Origin: an uncultured Actinomycetes bacterium
GTDB lineage: Bacteria > Actinomycetota > Thermoleophilia > Solirubrobacterales > 70-9
Assembly (NCBI GenBank): GCA_963725315.1
Contig: CAVRYA010000002.1
Location: 35,028-99,027 of the forward strand
Length of the DNA stretch: 64,000 nucleotides
Direction: 5' to 3'
Shown here: in pieces, positions 18,409 to 27,230 of the stretch
Layout: the number at the start of each line of letters is the position of its first letter
Position numbering within the stretch: the first letter of the stretch is position 1
Notes under the pieces: generated by a model
Databases searched by the model: none
The model's input: only the letters and a program-made list of their open reading frames with translations
Told to the model about the DNA's origin: nothing
Translations under genes and position numbers: made by a program

Positions 18409-18972
18409 TCAGTCGGGGGCCAGGCCCTGGCCGGTGATGATCAGGCCGAGGGTGCGGGCGAGGATGCGCAGGTCTAGCCAGAGGCTGCGGTGCTCGACGT
18501 AGAAGAGGTCGAGCTCGATCCGCTCCTCCCAGGGGATGCCGGCCCGTCCCTTGACCTGCGCCCAGCCGGTGATCCCCGGCTTGACCTCGTGGCGGCGGCG
18601 CTGGCGCGGCGTGTAGCCGTCGACCTGGACGGGGATCGTCGGGCGCGGCCCGACCAGGGCCATCTCTCCCCGCAGGACGTTGACAAGGTTCGGAACCTCG
18701 TCGAGCGAGGTGCGCCGCAGGAAGCGGCCGGGCCGGGTGACCCGCGGGTCATCGCGCTCGACCGCGGTCCCGACCCCGACCGGGTCGGAGCCCGCGACCA
18801 TCGTCCGCAGCTTCAGCAGTTCGAACTCGCGCCCGCCGAACCCGACCCGCCGCTGGCGGTAGAGCACCGGGCCGGCGCTGTCGATTCGGATCCAGGCGGC
18901 GGCGATCGCCAGCAGCGGGGCGAGAACGAGCAGGGTGAGGGCCGCGAGGACGGCCTCCAGCGGTCTGCTCAT
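18409..18972 (-). CDS. Small monotopic phosphoglycosyl transferase (bacterial sugar transferase family, PglC/WbaP C-terminal type)
   Basis: Intact 187-aa ORF. PVLYRQRRVGFGGREFELLKLRTM...RFLRRTSLDEVPNLVNVLRGEMALVGPRP...PGITGWAQV are the family signature blocks. Confidence 0.88.
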   Translation of the reverse strand: MSRPLEAVLAALTLLVLAPLLAIAAAWIRIDSAGPVLYRQRRVGFGGREFELLKLRTMVAGSDPVGVGTAVERDDPRVTRPGRFLRRTSLDEVPNLVNVLRGEMALVGPRPTIPVQVDGYTPRQRRRHEVKPGITGWAQVKGRAGIPWEERIELDLFYVEHRSLWLDLRILARTLGLIITGQGLAPD

Positions 18973-20108
18973 CGCGTCCCCTCGGCCTTCTCCCAGGCCC
19001 CCGGAGGCCCCTGGCGCAGGCGGTCCCAGAGCCCCAGGGCGATCGAGGCGGTGACCATCACGTAGTAGCGGCAGATCCGCAGCGGCGCCAGGGGCAGCAG
19101 CGGCGCCAGCAGCGCCGCGGCGATCAGCGCCGCCTGCAGCGCCAGGGTGACCGCGTAGATCGCGCCGTGGCCGAGCAGGGCGAGGTTCGTCGCCAGGGCC
19201 AGGACGTGCAACAAGGGGGTCGCGTAGCGAAGGATCCGGTGCGAGGCGATCTGGAAGCCGTAGAGCGCCCCGTAGCCGCGGGGGGAGGCCATCCCCTCGC
19301 CGATCACGATGTCCCAGAGGCCGACCATCATCCGCCGCTTGCGGCGCATCTCGCCGCCCAGCGTGGGGACCATCTTCTCCACCGCCAAGGCCGCGGGGAC
19401 GTAGACCGATCTCAGCCCCCTCTTGGCCAGCTCGAAGGGGAAGGAGAGGTCGTGGCTGCCGGAGGGACGGAGCGGGATGTAGGCGTCGGCGCGGACGGCG
19501 TAGATGCCCCCGTTGCCGGCGGTGATCCCGCCGAGGCCGGACTCGAGCCGGCGGACCGCCATCTCGTAGCGCCAGTAGGCGCCCTCGAGGTTCTCGCCCC
19601 CGGCGTCGGAGAAGCGGACCTGGCCGCAGGCGTAGCCGACGTCCGCGTCCGCCAGGGGCGCGACCAGCGCCTTCAGCGCCCCGCCCTCCCAGAGGCAGTT
19701 GGCATCGGAGAAGGCGAGGACCGTGCCCGAGGCGGACGCGACGGCTGCGTTCTGGGCCTCGACCTTGCCACCGCGGGGGAGCTCGAGGACGCGATCGGCG
19801 CCGGCCTCCCGGGCCCGCTCGGCGGTTGCATCGGTGGAACCGTCGGAGGCGACGATCACCTCCAGCAGCCGCCTCGGGTAGTCGAGGGCGAGCGCGTTGG
19901 CGACCCTGGGGGCGATCACCTCGCCCTCATCGTGGGCGGCGACGATCAGCGAGACGCTTGGCAGCGAGGCGTCGACGAGAGGCTCGGGCGCCCCGGTCGC
20001 GGGCCGCATCCGGCTCAGCAACCAGAGCGCAAGCGGATACCCGGCGTGCGTGTAGACGATCAGCGCCGCCGAGACCCAGAAGACCGCTGCCAGAAGCGTC
20101 GAGGTCAT
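18969..20108 (-). CDS. Family-2 glycosyltransferase with C-terminal TM segments (processive-synthase-like architecture)
   Basis: Intact 379-aa ORF. The N-terminal TM is followed by VSLIVAAHDEGEVI...VIVASDGSTD...FSDANC...GGIYAVR and several C-terminal hydrophobic helices. It has 4-nt overlaps with both neighbours. Confidence 0.8.
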   Translation of the reverse strand: MTSTLLAAVFWVSAALIVYTHAGYPLALWLLSRMRPATGAPEPLVDASLPSVSLIVAAHDEGEVIAPRVANALALDYPRRLLEVIVASDGSTDATAERAREAGADRVLELPRGGKVEAQNAAVASASGTVLAFSDANCLWEGGALKALVAPLADADVGYACGQVRFSDAGGENLEGAYWRYEMAVRRLESGLGGITAGNGGIYAVRADAYIPLRPSGSHDLSFPFELAKRGLRSVYVPAALAVEKMVPTLGGEMRRKRRMMVGLWDIVIGEGMASPRGYGALYGFQIASHRILRYATPLLHVLALATNLALLGHGAIYAVTLALQAALIAAALLAPLLPLAPLRICRYYVMVTASIALGLWDRLRQGPPGAWEKAEGTR

Positions 20109-21235
20109 CGCGGCGGGGGAGCGAGCTCCCGGTAGAGCTCGATCGTCTGGGCGGCGACGGCGTCCCAGGAGAAGGGGCCCTCGGCGGCCCGCCGGGCGGC
20201 GGCGGCGAGCTCCGCACGAGCCCCTTCTTCCGAGGTCAGCTCGGCCAGCGCCTCGGCGAGCGCGGCCGGGTCATCCGGCGGGACGACTCGGGCCGCGCCA
20301 TGCTCGGCGGCGAGCTCACCGAAGCCGCCGACCGCGGAGAGCACCATCGGCTTGCCGAAGGCCAGCGCCGTGTAGACGACGCCCGAGTGCTCGGCGTCGC
20401 GATAGGGCAGGGCGACGACGTCGGCGCGGTGGAACAGCTCCGGGATCTCGACCTCGTCGATGAAGCGGGGAACGAATCGCACGGTGCCCGGAGCGCGGGC
20501 CGCCGCCTCGCGCAGCGGCCCCAGGGACATCCTCGGGTTGCCCACCACCCAGAGCTCGGCGGCGCTGCCGAGCCGCGCGAATGCCTCGATCAGGGTGTCG
20601 ATCCCCTTGTAGGGGCGAAGCAGCCCAAAGAAGAGGATCACCGGACCCTCGGCCCCCTCCAGCTCGGGCGGCAGGGGCGCCGGATCCGGGAGTCGGGTCA
20701 GGTAGTCGAACGCCCCGTGGGGGATGACGCGGACTCTGCCCGGGTCGAGCCCGACCTGCTCGCGCAGGCGGCGGGCGCCGAACTCGGAGTGGGCGATTAC
20801 GGCGTCCATCGCGCCGAAGGCCCGGCGGGCGGCGAATAGGTGGCGCCGGCCCGGTCGCGGTGAGAGGACGTAGTGCGCGGTGATCACCCGCGGCTGGGCC
20901 CGGTCGGCGGGAAGCAGCGCCGGGTCGATCGCCGGCATCGTCAGCCACTGGTGATGGACGACGTCGGCGCCCTTCAGCGCGCCACGGAGGCGTCGCATGT
21001 CAGCGAGGTGCTCGGCCGCCTTGTAGGCGCGCCGGGCGGGGGCGTGGAGGCCGCGGGTGGCGGCGCGACGATAGAAGAACTCGCGCACCTGGTAGCCGTC
21101 GGCGGCCGGCACCTGGCCGTGGAGGAAGCGGCTGGTCAGCAGCTCGACCTCGGCTCCGGCACGGCTCAGGGCCGCCGCCAGGGCACGGTCGTAGGGCGGC
21201 GTGAACGCCGAGGGGTCGACGAGCGAAACGCGCAT
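20105..21235 (-). CDS. Family-4 (GT-B, GT1/GT4) glycosyltransferase
   Basis: Intact 376-aa ORF. VVHHQWL...FFGLLRPYKGIDTLIEAF...ADVVALPYRDAEHSGVVYTALAFGKPMVLSAVGGFGE is the typical Glycos_transf_1 C-domain with the E-x7-E context. Confidence 0.85.
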   Translation of the reverse strand: MRVSLVDPSAFTPPYDRALAAALSRAGAEVELLTSRFLHGQVPAADGYQVREFFYRRAATRGLHAPARRAYKAAEHLADMRRLRGALKGADVVHHQWLTMPAIDPALLPADRAQPRVITAHYVLSPRPGRRHLFAARRAFGAMDAVIAHSEFGARRLREQVGLDPGRVRVIPHGAFDYLTRLPDPAPLPPELEGAEGPVILFFGLLRPYKGIDTLIEAFARLGSAAELWVVGNPRMSLGPLREAAARAPGTVRFVPRFIDEVEIPELFHRADVVALPYRDAEHSGVVYTALAFGKPMVLSAVGGFGELAAEHGAARVVPPDDPAALAEALAELTSEEGARAELAAAARRAAEGPFSWDAVAAQTIELYRELAPPPR

Positions 21236-21259
21236 CAGCGCCGATTATGGTGGCGGTTG

Positions 21260-22186
21260 ATGGAGCCGGACCTCTCCTACTGCGTCGTGAACACGAATGG
21301 CCGCGAGTACCTGCTCGCCTGCCTGGAGGCGATCGAGCGCGCCCATCCGGCCGGGCTGGGGCGGGAGATCCTCGTCCTCGACAACGCCTCCGAAGACGGC
21401 TCCGCGGAGGCGGTTCGCTCACTCGAGCTGCAGGACTGCCGCCTGATCGCCCTGGAGCGCCGAACCGGCAAGGCCGAGAACGACTCGACCCTGCTCCGCG
21501 AGGCGCGCGGGAGCTACTGCCTGCTCCTGAACGAGGACTCCGAGCTCCTCCCCGGTGCGCCGCAGGCCCTGGTCGAGGCGCTCGAGGCCGATCCGCAGGC
21601 CGCCGCCGCCGGAGCGCAGCTGCTCGACGCCGGCGGGAGCCCGGTGCCCTGCGCCTGGCGCTTCCCCGGCGTCGCCACGGCGCTCGCCGGCGCCCTCTTC
21701 CTGCATCGCCGGCTGACCGTCCAGAGCCGCGGGCGGAGGACCCGCGAGGTGGACTGGGCCCAGTCGAGCGCGCTGATGGTGCGCCGGGGAGCGGCGGCGG
21801 AGGTCGGCTACCTCGACCCGGAGTTCTTCGTCTACTACGACGAGTGCGACTTCTGCCGCCGCCTTCGCGATGCCGGCCGGCGGGTCCTCTACGTCCCCGG
21901 CGCCCGGGCGATCCATCACGACCAGCTCGCGACGGACCTCGCGGCCGGGCTGCCGAGGATCGTCGAGTTCCACCGCAACCGCGACCTCTACATGCGTAAG
22001 CACGGCTCGGCCGCGGCGGCGCTGGCGGTGCGCTGGCTGACCGCCTGGAGCTACGCGGCGCGGGCCCTGGCGGCGACGGTGCTGCCGGGCCACCCGGCGC
22101 GCGTCTACCTCGCCCACGCGCGCCAGGCGCTGCACCCCGGGCACGGCCAGGGGCTGCGCGACCTGGCGAGCCGCAGCGAGGGATGA
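21260..22186 (+). CDS. Family-2 glycosyltransferase (rhamnosyltransferase-like)
   Basis: From ATG 21260 the sequence reads MEPDLSYCVVNTNGREYLLACLEAIERA...ILVLDNASEDGS...LLNEDSEL...ALMVRRGAAAEVGYLDPEFFVYYDECDFCRRLRDAGRRVLYVPGA. The 129 codons upstream in the ORF track are antisense to the GT4 gene. Confidence 0.85.
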   Translation: MEPDLSYCVVNTNGREYLLACLEAIERAHPAGLGREILVLDNASEDGSAEAVRSLELQDCRLIALERRTGKAENDSTLLREARGSYCLLLNEDSELLPGAPQALVEALEADPQAAAAGAQLLDAGGSPVPCAWRFPGVATALAGALFLHRRLTVQSRGRRTREVDWAQSSALMVRRGAAAEVGYLDPEFFVYYDECDFCRRLRDAGRRVLYVPGARAIHHDQLATDLAAGLPRIVEFHRNRDLYMRKHGSAAAALAVRWLTAWSYAARALAATVLPGHPARVYLAHARQALHPGHGQGLRDLASRSEG

Positions 22187-22701
22187 GCCGGCTGGAAGTA
22201 ACGCCCGCTCCGGGGAGTTTCCCGGAAGACCACCGACTGTCCAGCCAGGAGGGAGTACCGAAGTTGGCCCGGGGATTTCTTGTCTATCTGACCACCGCGC
22301 TCCTGCTCGTCGCCTGCGCCGCCGGAGCCCTGGCTGCCTCATCGCCGACTCCGAAGCCGGGTCGTTACAACCCGACGTGTCCCCAGGGCTATTCGTCGAT
22401 GTGCGGGGAAGGCGTTTTCATCGTCCTCCCCGGCGCCCGCAAGATCGAGAAGTTCGCCGTCGTGCCCTGGCCGAACAACCCGAGCAATCCGGCCACCGGG
22501 ATCTGCGGCCGCGACAACCCCTTCATCAAGACCAGGATCCCGATCAAGAACGGCAAGTTCGCCTACTCGGGCACCGCCTCGGGGAAGAGCCTGACCTGGA
22601 CCGGCAAGTGGATCTCGGCCAAGAGGATGGTAGGGACCGTGAAGTGGGCCGGGTGCAGCACCTTGGTCAAGTACACGGCGAAGCTGATCCCGGCCCCCTA
22701 G
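22183..22701 (+). CDS. Hypothetical membrane-anchored or exported protein with four Cys
   Basis: 172-aa ORF that starts in an ATGA overlap with the GT2 stop. The hydrophobic segment FLVYLTTALLLVACAAGALAA is followed by a Cys-containing soluble domain (NPTCPQGYSSMCGEG...ATGICGRD...WAGCSTLVKY). I recognise no family, and the region has lower G+C than its neighbours. Confidence 0.55.
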   Translation: MSRLEVTPAPGSFPEDHRLSSQEGVPKLARGFLVYLTTALLLVACAAGALAASSPTPKPGRYNPTCPQGYSSMCGEGVFIVLPGARKIEKFAVVPWPNNPSNPATGICGRDNPFIKTRIPIKNGKFAYSGTASGKSLTWTGKWISAKRMVGTVKWAGCSTLVKYTAKLIPAP

Positions 22702-22706
22702 GAGCG

Positions 22707-24251
22707 CTACTGGCGCAGGGCGTCCTCGTCCATCGCCTCCGCTTCGAACACCTCCGGAACATTGCCCGGGGCCCCGGCCGGCGCCTCCCCAAGCGCCCGT
22801 AGGCGCTCGCGCAGCTCGCCCGGGTGGCGCAGGAGCGCGAGCCAGCGCCGCTCGCCCTCGGAGAAGAAGCCGCTGAGCAGGAGCAGCGCCGGGTAGCAGA
22901 GCACCAGGGCCACCCGCCCGAGCAGCCCGGCCGCCCCCTCGGTCGGCATCACCAGCTCCCCGATCCCGATCAGCGCGGCCGCGGCCAGCACGACCCTCGC
23001 CAGCCTGCCCCACTCGTAGGGGACCGGGAAGAGCCGCTGGGTGAAGACGTACATCAGGGCCAGCACCACGATGTAGGAGGCGACCAGCGCCAGGCCCGCT
23101 CCGACGATCCCCATCGAGGGGACGAGGGCGAGGTTGAGGCCGACGTTGACGACCGTCGCGGCGATCGTCGCCGGGAGGTTGAACTCGGTTCGTCCCGTCC
23201 GCCCCAGGATCACCACCAGCACCATGTAGAGGGCGTAGAGGGTGACCCCGGTGGTGACCAACCCGACCGCCTTGAACGAGCCGAAGAAGTCGGGCGCGGC
23301 GAGGGCTCGCACGATCCAGCGCGCCAGCAGCCACATCGCGGTGACCGCGAAAGCGCAGCCGGCGGTGAACAGGGTGACGACGACCGAGTAGGCGCGGCGG
23401 GCCTCTCCGTCGTCGCGGATCGAGTAGGCCAGGGGGGGCCAGGCGAGCTGGAAGCCCCGAACGAACACGTTGACCCCCTGGCCGAATTTGACGGCGAGCG
23501 AGTAGAGCCCGGCCTCGGCGAGACCGGCGGAGCGGACCAGGATGATCCGGTCGATGAAGTTGAGCGAGTAGAGCGAGAGCTCGGCCGGCATTGTCGGCAG
23601 GCCGAAACGCATCAGCCTGCGCAGCAGGGGTCCGTCCCAGAGCAGCGCGAGGCGACGCCGGTGGACGACGATCAGGCCGGCGACGAATACGGCGCCGGTC
23701 CCGTAGCTGCCGAGCAGCAGCCCCCGCGCGCCGTCCCCTTCCCCGACGACGAGCGCGACCGTGACCGGGATCGTCACCAGCACGTTGGCAATCGTGGTCA
23801 CGAAGAAGGGACGGGCTCGCTCCTCGAGCCTGAAGATGGTCAGCAGGAACTCGAGCAGGGTCAGCACCCAGAGACCGCCGATCGCGATCCGCACCAGCTC
23901 GGCGTCGGGGCGGTCGAGCAGGGCGCGGGAGAGCGGCTCGGCGAGCGGGAGCGCCAGCAGGGCGCCTGCGGTGGTCGCCCAGAAGAGGACCGCGAAGGAG
24001 GAGCGCAACACCGCGGCCGGGTCCTCGTCGGGCTTGTAGTAGAAGCGGAGCAGGGCCTCGATCACCCCGAGGCGGACGATGATGCTGGCGGCGACCACGG
24101 CAGAGAAGAGGACCTCGGCCGCGCCGTAGTCGGCGGGGGTCAGGTAGCGCGTGTAGAGCGGCAGCAGGGCTACCGCGATCAGCTTCGAGACAATGCTCGC
24201 GCCCGTATAGGCCGCGCCGGTGGTCGCCAGGCGGCGCAGGTAGCCGCTCAT
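22707..24251 (-). CDS. Polysaccharide biosynthesis flippase (MOP superfamily, Wzx-like)
   Basis: Intact 514-aa polytopic ORF. TTGAAYTGASIVSKLIAVALLPLYTRYLTPADYGAAEVLFS is followed by about 12-14 hydrophobic helices, as in the Polysacc_synt / Wzx families. Confidence 0.8.
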   Translation of the reverse strand: MSGYLRRLATTGAAYTGASIVSKLIAVALLPLYTRYLTPADYGAAEVLFSAVVAASIIVRLGVIEALLRFYYKPDEDPAAVLRSSFAVLFWATTAGALLALPLAEPLSRALLDRPDAELVRIAIGGLWVLTLLEFLLTIFRLEERARPFFVTTIANVLVTIPVTVALVVGEGDGARGLLLGSYGTGAVFVAGLIVVHRRRLALLWDGPLLRRLMRFGLPTMPAELSLYSLNFIDRIILVRSAGLAEAGLYSLAVKFGQGVNVFVRGFQLAWPPLAYSIRDDGEARRAYSVVVTLFTAGCAFAVTAMWLLARWIVRALAAPDFFGSFKAVGLVTTGVTLYALYMVLVVILGRTGRTEFNLPATIAATVVNVGLNLALVPSMGIVGAGLALVASYIVVLALMYVFTQRLFPVPYEWGRLARVVLAAAALIGIGELVMPTEGAAGLLGRVALVLCYPALLLLSGFFSEGERRWLALLRHPGELRERLRALGEAPAGAPGNVPEVFEAEAMDEDALRQ

Positions 24252-24261
24252 CGATTCGAGC

Positions 24262-25815
24262 CTACGCGGAGGGGCGGATCGCCAGCGATCCCGACATCGC
24301 CAGGAGCACCCAGGTGATCGGATCCTCGTAGAAGCCCGCGTAGGCCAGGGTGTGGACGATCAACGCTACGAACATCGCGAGGACGGCGGCCCGGGCCACG
24401 ACATATGCCCCTCCGTCCCGGTCGAACGCGATCAGGCCGGCGGAACGTGTCGCCGGAGGGCCACGGCCGAGGCCCGGCATCAGGCCGCGCAGGCCGGTCA
24501 GCATCGTCCACAGCGCTGTGGCCAGTAGCGCCAGGTACAGGGTTAGGCCGAGCAGGCCCTGTTCGGCGGCTATCGTGACCGGCTCGGTGTGGGACTCGCT
24601 CACCGGAGCCTTGCCGCCGGCGTTGCGGCGGAAGGCGGTCGAGAACGAGCCCGACCCGTATCCGGCGAACGGGCGGTTGCCGAACAGCTCGGCACCCCCG
24701 GAGATCAGGTTGGCCCGGCCGCTGGTGTCCTTGTTGACGGTTCCGCCGGAGGAGAGGTCGATCTTCAGCGAGCCACCCGCGGCGAGGACGAAGACGGCGG
24801 CGCCGACGGCCGTTGCCGCGCAGGCCAGGGCGGTCCAGCGTAGGCTCCAGCGCAGCGCCGCCAGCACCGCGATCCCGGCCAGGAGGGCGGCGAAGCTCGA
24901 CTGCGAGAAGGTCGTGGCCAGGCCGAGCCAGGTGAAGGCGATCGCCGCCGCCAGGGCTAGCCCGGCCCGGCGCTGCCGGGTGAAGAGCAGGGCCGCCGTG
25001 AGGGCGACGATGACCAGCGCCAGGTAGCGGCCGTAGACGTTTGGGTCCCAGAACAGCGAGTTGACCCTGAAGTAGACGTGGAACTCGTTGGAGCGGATCA
25101 CCGCCCCGTTCCAGAGCAGCTCGCGGCTCGCGTACTCGACCAGGCCGACCGCGACAAACAGCAGCGTCTCAGCGGCGACGACGACCAGGGCGGCCACCAG
25201 CAGACGGCGGTCCCAGCGCACCCCGAACAGCAGGGCGAAGGCGATCGAGAAGGGGACGACGAAGAAGCAGGCGTTCTGGAGTCCCTGGGAGGAGTCGTCG
25301 GAGTAGAGGGTCTGTAGCGCATACACGACGACGACTGCGGCCAGGATGCGGGGAAGCCAGGACGCGGGAAACCGGGTGGCCGGCCCAGCGGACCCTCCTG
25401 CCCCCTCGCCCTGCGCCGGGCGCCAGTCCCGGAGCGCCGTCGCCAGCACTCCCCCCGCGATCACCATGTAGAGGGGGACGAGGAGGTTCGCCTGGTCGCC
25501 GCCGGCGTGCAGGGGAACGCGGAAGGGGAGCGCCGCGACGATCGCCAGCGGCAGCAGCAGCGGGCGGCGGGAGAAGAGCAGCGCCAGAACGGCGATCAGG
25601 ACGATCGCCGCCGCGGCGAAGGCGGCGAGGCGGGCGGGCGTGTCGCGCAGATCTGAGATCGCCGCTGAGTGCCACTGGTCGCCGGCGATCAGGACAGGGA
25701 AGAGCGCCAGCGCCAGCAGCATCGCGACCGAGCGCGCCCGCGAGGGGGCGAGGAGGATCGCGGCCGCCGCAGCGGCGGCGGCGGCCACGACCCCGGCCCC
25801 GGCGAGTGCGCTCAA
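24262..25815 (-). CDS. O-antigen ligase / Wzy-type polymerase family membrane protein (Wzy_C domain)
   Basis: Polytopic ORF. The segment SQSSFAALLAGIAVLAALRW...GRANLISGGAELFGNRPFAGYGSGSF...ESHTEPVTIAAEQGLLGLTLYLALL is typical of the Wzy_C periplasmic loop. I place the start at TTG 25815, a TTGA overlap with the upstream stop. The 621-aa ORF-track version would overlap the upstream gene. Confidence 0.7.
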   Translation of the reverse strand: MSALAGAGVVAAAAAAAAAILLAPSRARSVAMLLALALFPVLIAGDQWHSAAISDLRDTPARLAAFAAAAIVLIAVLALLFSRRPLLLPLAIVAALPFRVPLHAGGDQANLLVPLYMVIAGGVLATALRDWRPAQGEGAGGSAGPATRFPASWLPRILAAVVVVYALQTLYSDDSSQGLQNACFFVVPFSIAFALLFGVRWDRRLLVAALVVVAAETLLFVAVGLVEYASRELLWNGAVIRSNEFHVYFRVNSLFWDPNVYGRYLALVIVALTAALLFTRQRRAGLALAAAIAFTWLGLATTFSQSSFAALLAGIAVLAALRWSLRWTALACAATAVGAAVFVLAAGGSLKIDLSSGGTVNKDTSGRANLISGGAELFGNRPFAGYGSGSFSTAFRRNAGGKAPVSESHTEPVTIAAEQGLLGLTLYLALLATALWTMLTGLRGLMPGLGRGPPATRSAGLIAFDRDGGAYVVARAAVLAMFVALIVHTLAYAGFYEDPITWVLLAMSGSLAIRPSA

Positions 25816-26336
25816 CCGCCTTGCCCCTTGCCCGCCCTGCGGCAGCCGTTCCGTCTGGGCTCGACAAGGTGAAGGCGAAGCGTGCCGCCTGCCGTCAGAG
25901 CCCTGTCCTGGCCGGTGAGGACGACGCGCAGCTTGTAGCGCCCGGGCGATGCGCGCCTGCCGAAGCGGTCGCGGCCGTCCCAGTGGAAGGTCGCGAACCG
26001 GTAGCGCTTCAGGAAGCGGTCCCTGGCCAGGGTGCGGACCAGCCTTCCGTCCGGATCGACGATCTGCACGTTGGCCCGGTCCGAGCGGGTCACCCGGAAC
26101 CGGATGCGGGCGTTGTCGGCGAGGCAATCGCCGTTCGGGCTGAATGCGGTCACGTGCTTGACCCTGCCGTCGGAGGTGACGAAGGTGCGGCCGAGGGTGA
26201 CCTTGTCGAGGATCAGCGGCTCGCGCTTCAGCCGCTGGGCGTAGGCGAAGGCGCCGACCGTCGCCACCAGCAGCAGCGCGAAGACGAACGGCGCGAGGGC
26301 ACGGATCAGCGGCGCGCGATCGTCTGCGGGCTCCAC
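25812..26336 (-). CDS. Hypothetical single-pass membrane protein with an Ig-like (FlgD-Ig-like) beta domain
   Basis: Intact 174-aa ORF. The TM segment LAPFVFALLLVATVGAFAYA is followed by FSPNGDCLADNARIRFRVTRSDRANVQIVDPDGRLVRTLARD...FHWDGRDRFGRRASPGRYKLRV, a pattern typical of FlgD-Ig / bacterial Ig-like sandwich domains. Confidence 0.55.
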   Translation of the reverse strand: MEPADDRAPLIRALAPFVFALLLVATVGAFAYAQRLKREPLILDKVTLGRTFVTSDGRVKHVTAFSPNGDCLADNARIRFRVTRSDRANVQIVDPDGRLVRTLARDRFLKRYRFATFHWDGRDRFGRRASPGRYKLRVVLTGQDRALTAGGTLRLHLVEPRRNGCRRAGKGQGG

Positions 26337-26385
26337 GGGCGGATCAGATTACCCGCGGCACGGCGACCGCCGCGCGGCGGGCGGT

Positions 26386-27135
26386 TCAGCTCGAGGCGCG
26401 GTCCTCGCCGACGACGACAGCCACCTCGGCGCTGGCCGCGGAGGCGGCGATCTCCTGCGTCATCAGCCGCAGCTTCGGGATCCCGACGGCTCTGGAGATA
26501 TCCCTCGCCTCCGGGCCACGGCCGCGCCGGTACATGACCACGCTCTTGGCGAAGCTCGACGGGGTATTGGTCACCGCGTCCAGCGTGTAGCCCTTGCGAT
26601 CGAGCTTGTCGCCGTAGCGACCGGCGAGCCCCGAGACCGCGGTGCCGTTGAGCACCGAGACCTTGATGTTCTTCGGCTGCAGCGAAGAGGTCGTCCTCGC
26701 CGTCCTGCCGTGCTTTCCCTCCTCGTTGCCGAGGAAGTGCGTAGCGGCGTAGGCAACGCCCGCGCCGAGCAGCACCACGGCAGCGATGATCAGGGCGAGG
26801 TAGCGAGGCTCCGGCAGCGCCGCGCGGAAGCGCTCCATCCGGGTCAGCTCCGGCAGCCCGGCCTCGCGGCGCTCCCGGCGCACGTCTCGTTTCGACGCCG
26901 CCTGCTGCTTGACCCTGCGCGCCTCCTCGATCTCGCGCAGCTCCTGGGCCCTGGAGGCCGCCAGCTCCGAGGTCTCCTCTTTCGCCGTCGCGTCGCGCTC
27001 GGGCGCGCTCCCGGCCCACTCGCGCAGGCGGCGGATGTCGCGCGCCTGGGTGAACTGGATGAAGATCAGGAGCCCCAGACCGGCGAAGGCGACCAGGCCG
27101 GCGTAGGCGCCAACGTCCCGCGCTATCTCGAGCAA
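26386..27135 (-). CDS. LytR_C-domain protein with an N-terminal TM and a charged coiled region
   Basis: Intact 249-aa ORF. The C-terminus IKVSVLNGTAVSGLAGRYGDKLDRKGYTLDAVTNTPSSFAKSVVMYRRGRGPEARDISRAVGIPKLRLM is the LytR cell-envelope-related C-terminal domain pattern. Confidence 0.75.
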   Translation of the reverse strand: MLEIARDVGAYAGLVAFAGLGLLIFIQFTQARDIRRLREWAGSAPERDATAKEETSELAASRAQELREIEEARRVKQQAASKRDVRRERREAGLPELTRMERFRAALPEPRYLALIIAAVVLLGAGVAYAATHFLGNEEGKHGRTARTTSSLQPKNIKVSVLNGTAVSGLAGRYGDKLDRKGYTLDAVTNTPSSFAKSVVMYRRGRGPEARDISRAVGIPKLRLMTQEIAASAASAEVAVVVGEDRASS

Positions 27136-27230
27136 GGCTGTTCCACGGGGGCTTGGCCCGTGACCAATGTTGGCGATGGCGGCAGGATCGGCGGGATGTT
27201 AGGGGGGCAGGGGGACCGCAGGAGCGGTGC

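Noticed and set aside
20873-21259. A 129-codon N-terminal extension of the second GT2 gene. Similar track extensions occur for the Wzy-like ORF (to 26127), the dehydratase ORF (to 29957) and dnaA (to 58414)
   Set aside because: Each extension runs antisense through, or overlaps, a neighbouring well-supported gene and is compositionally nonsense. Internal starts that abut or 4-nt-overlap the upstream gene give family-typical N-termini.
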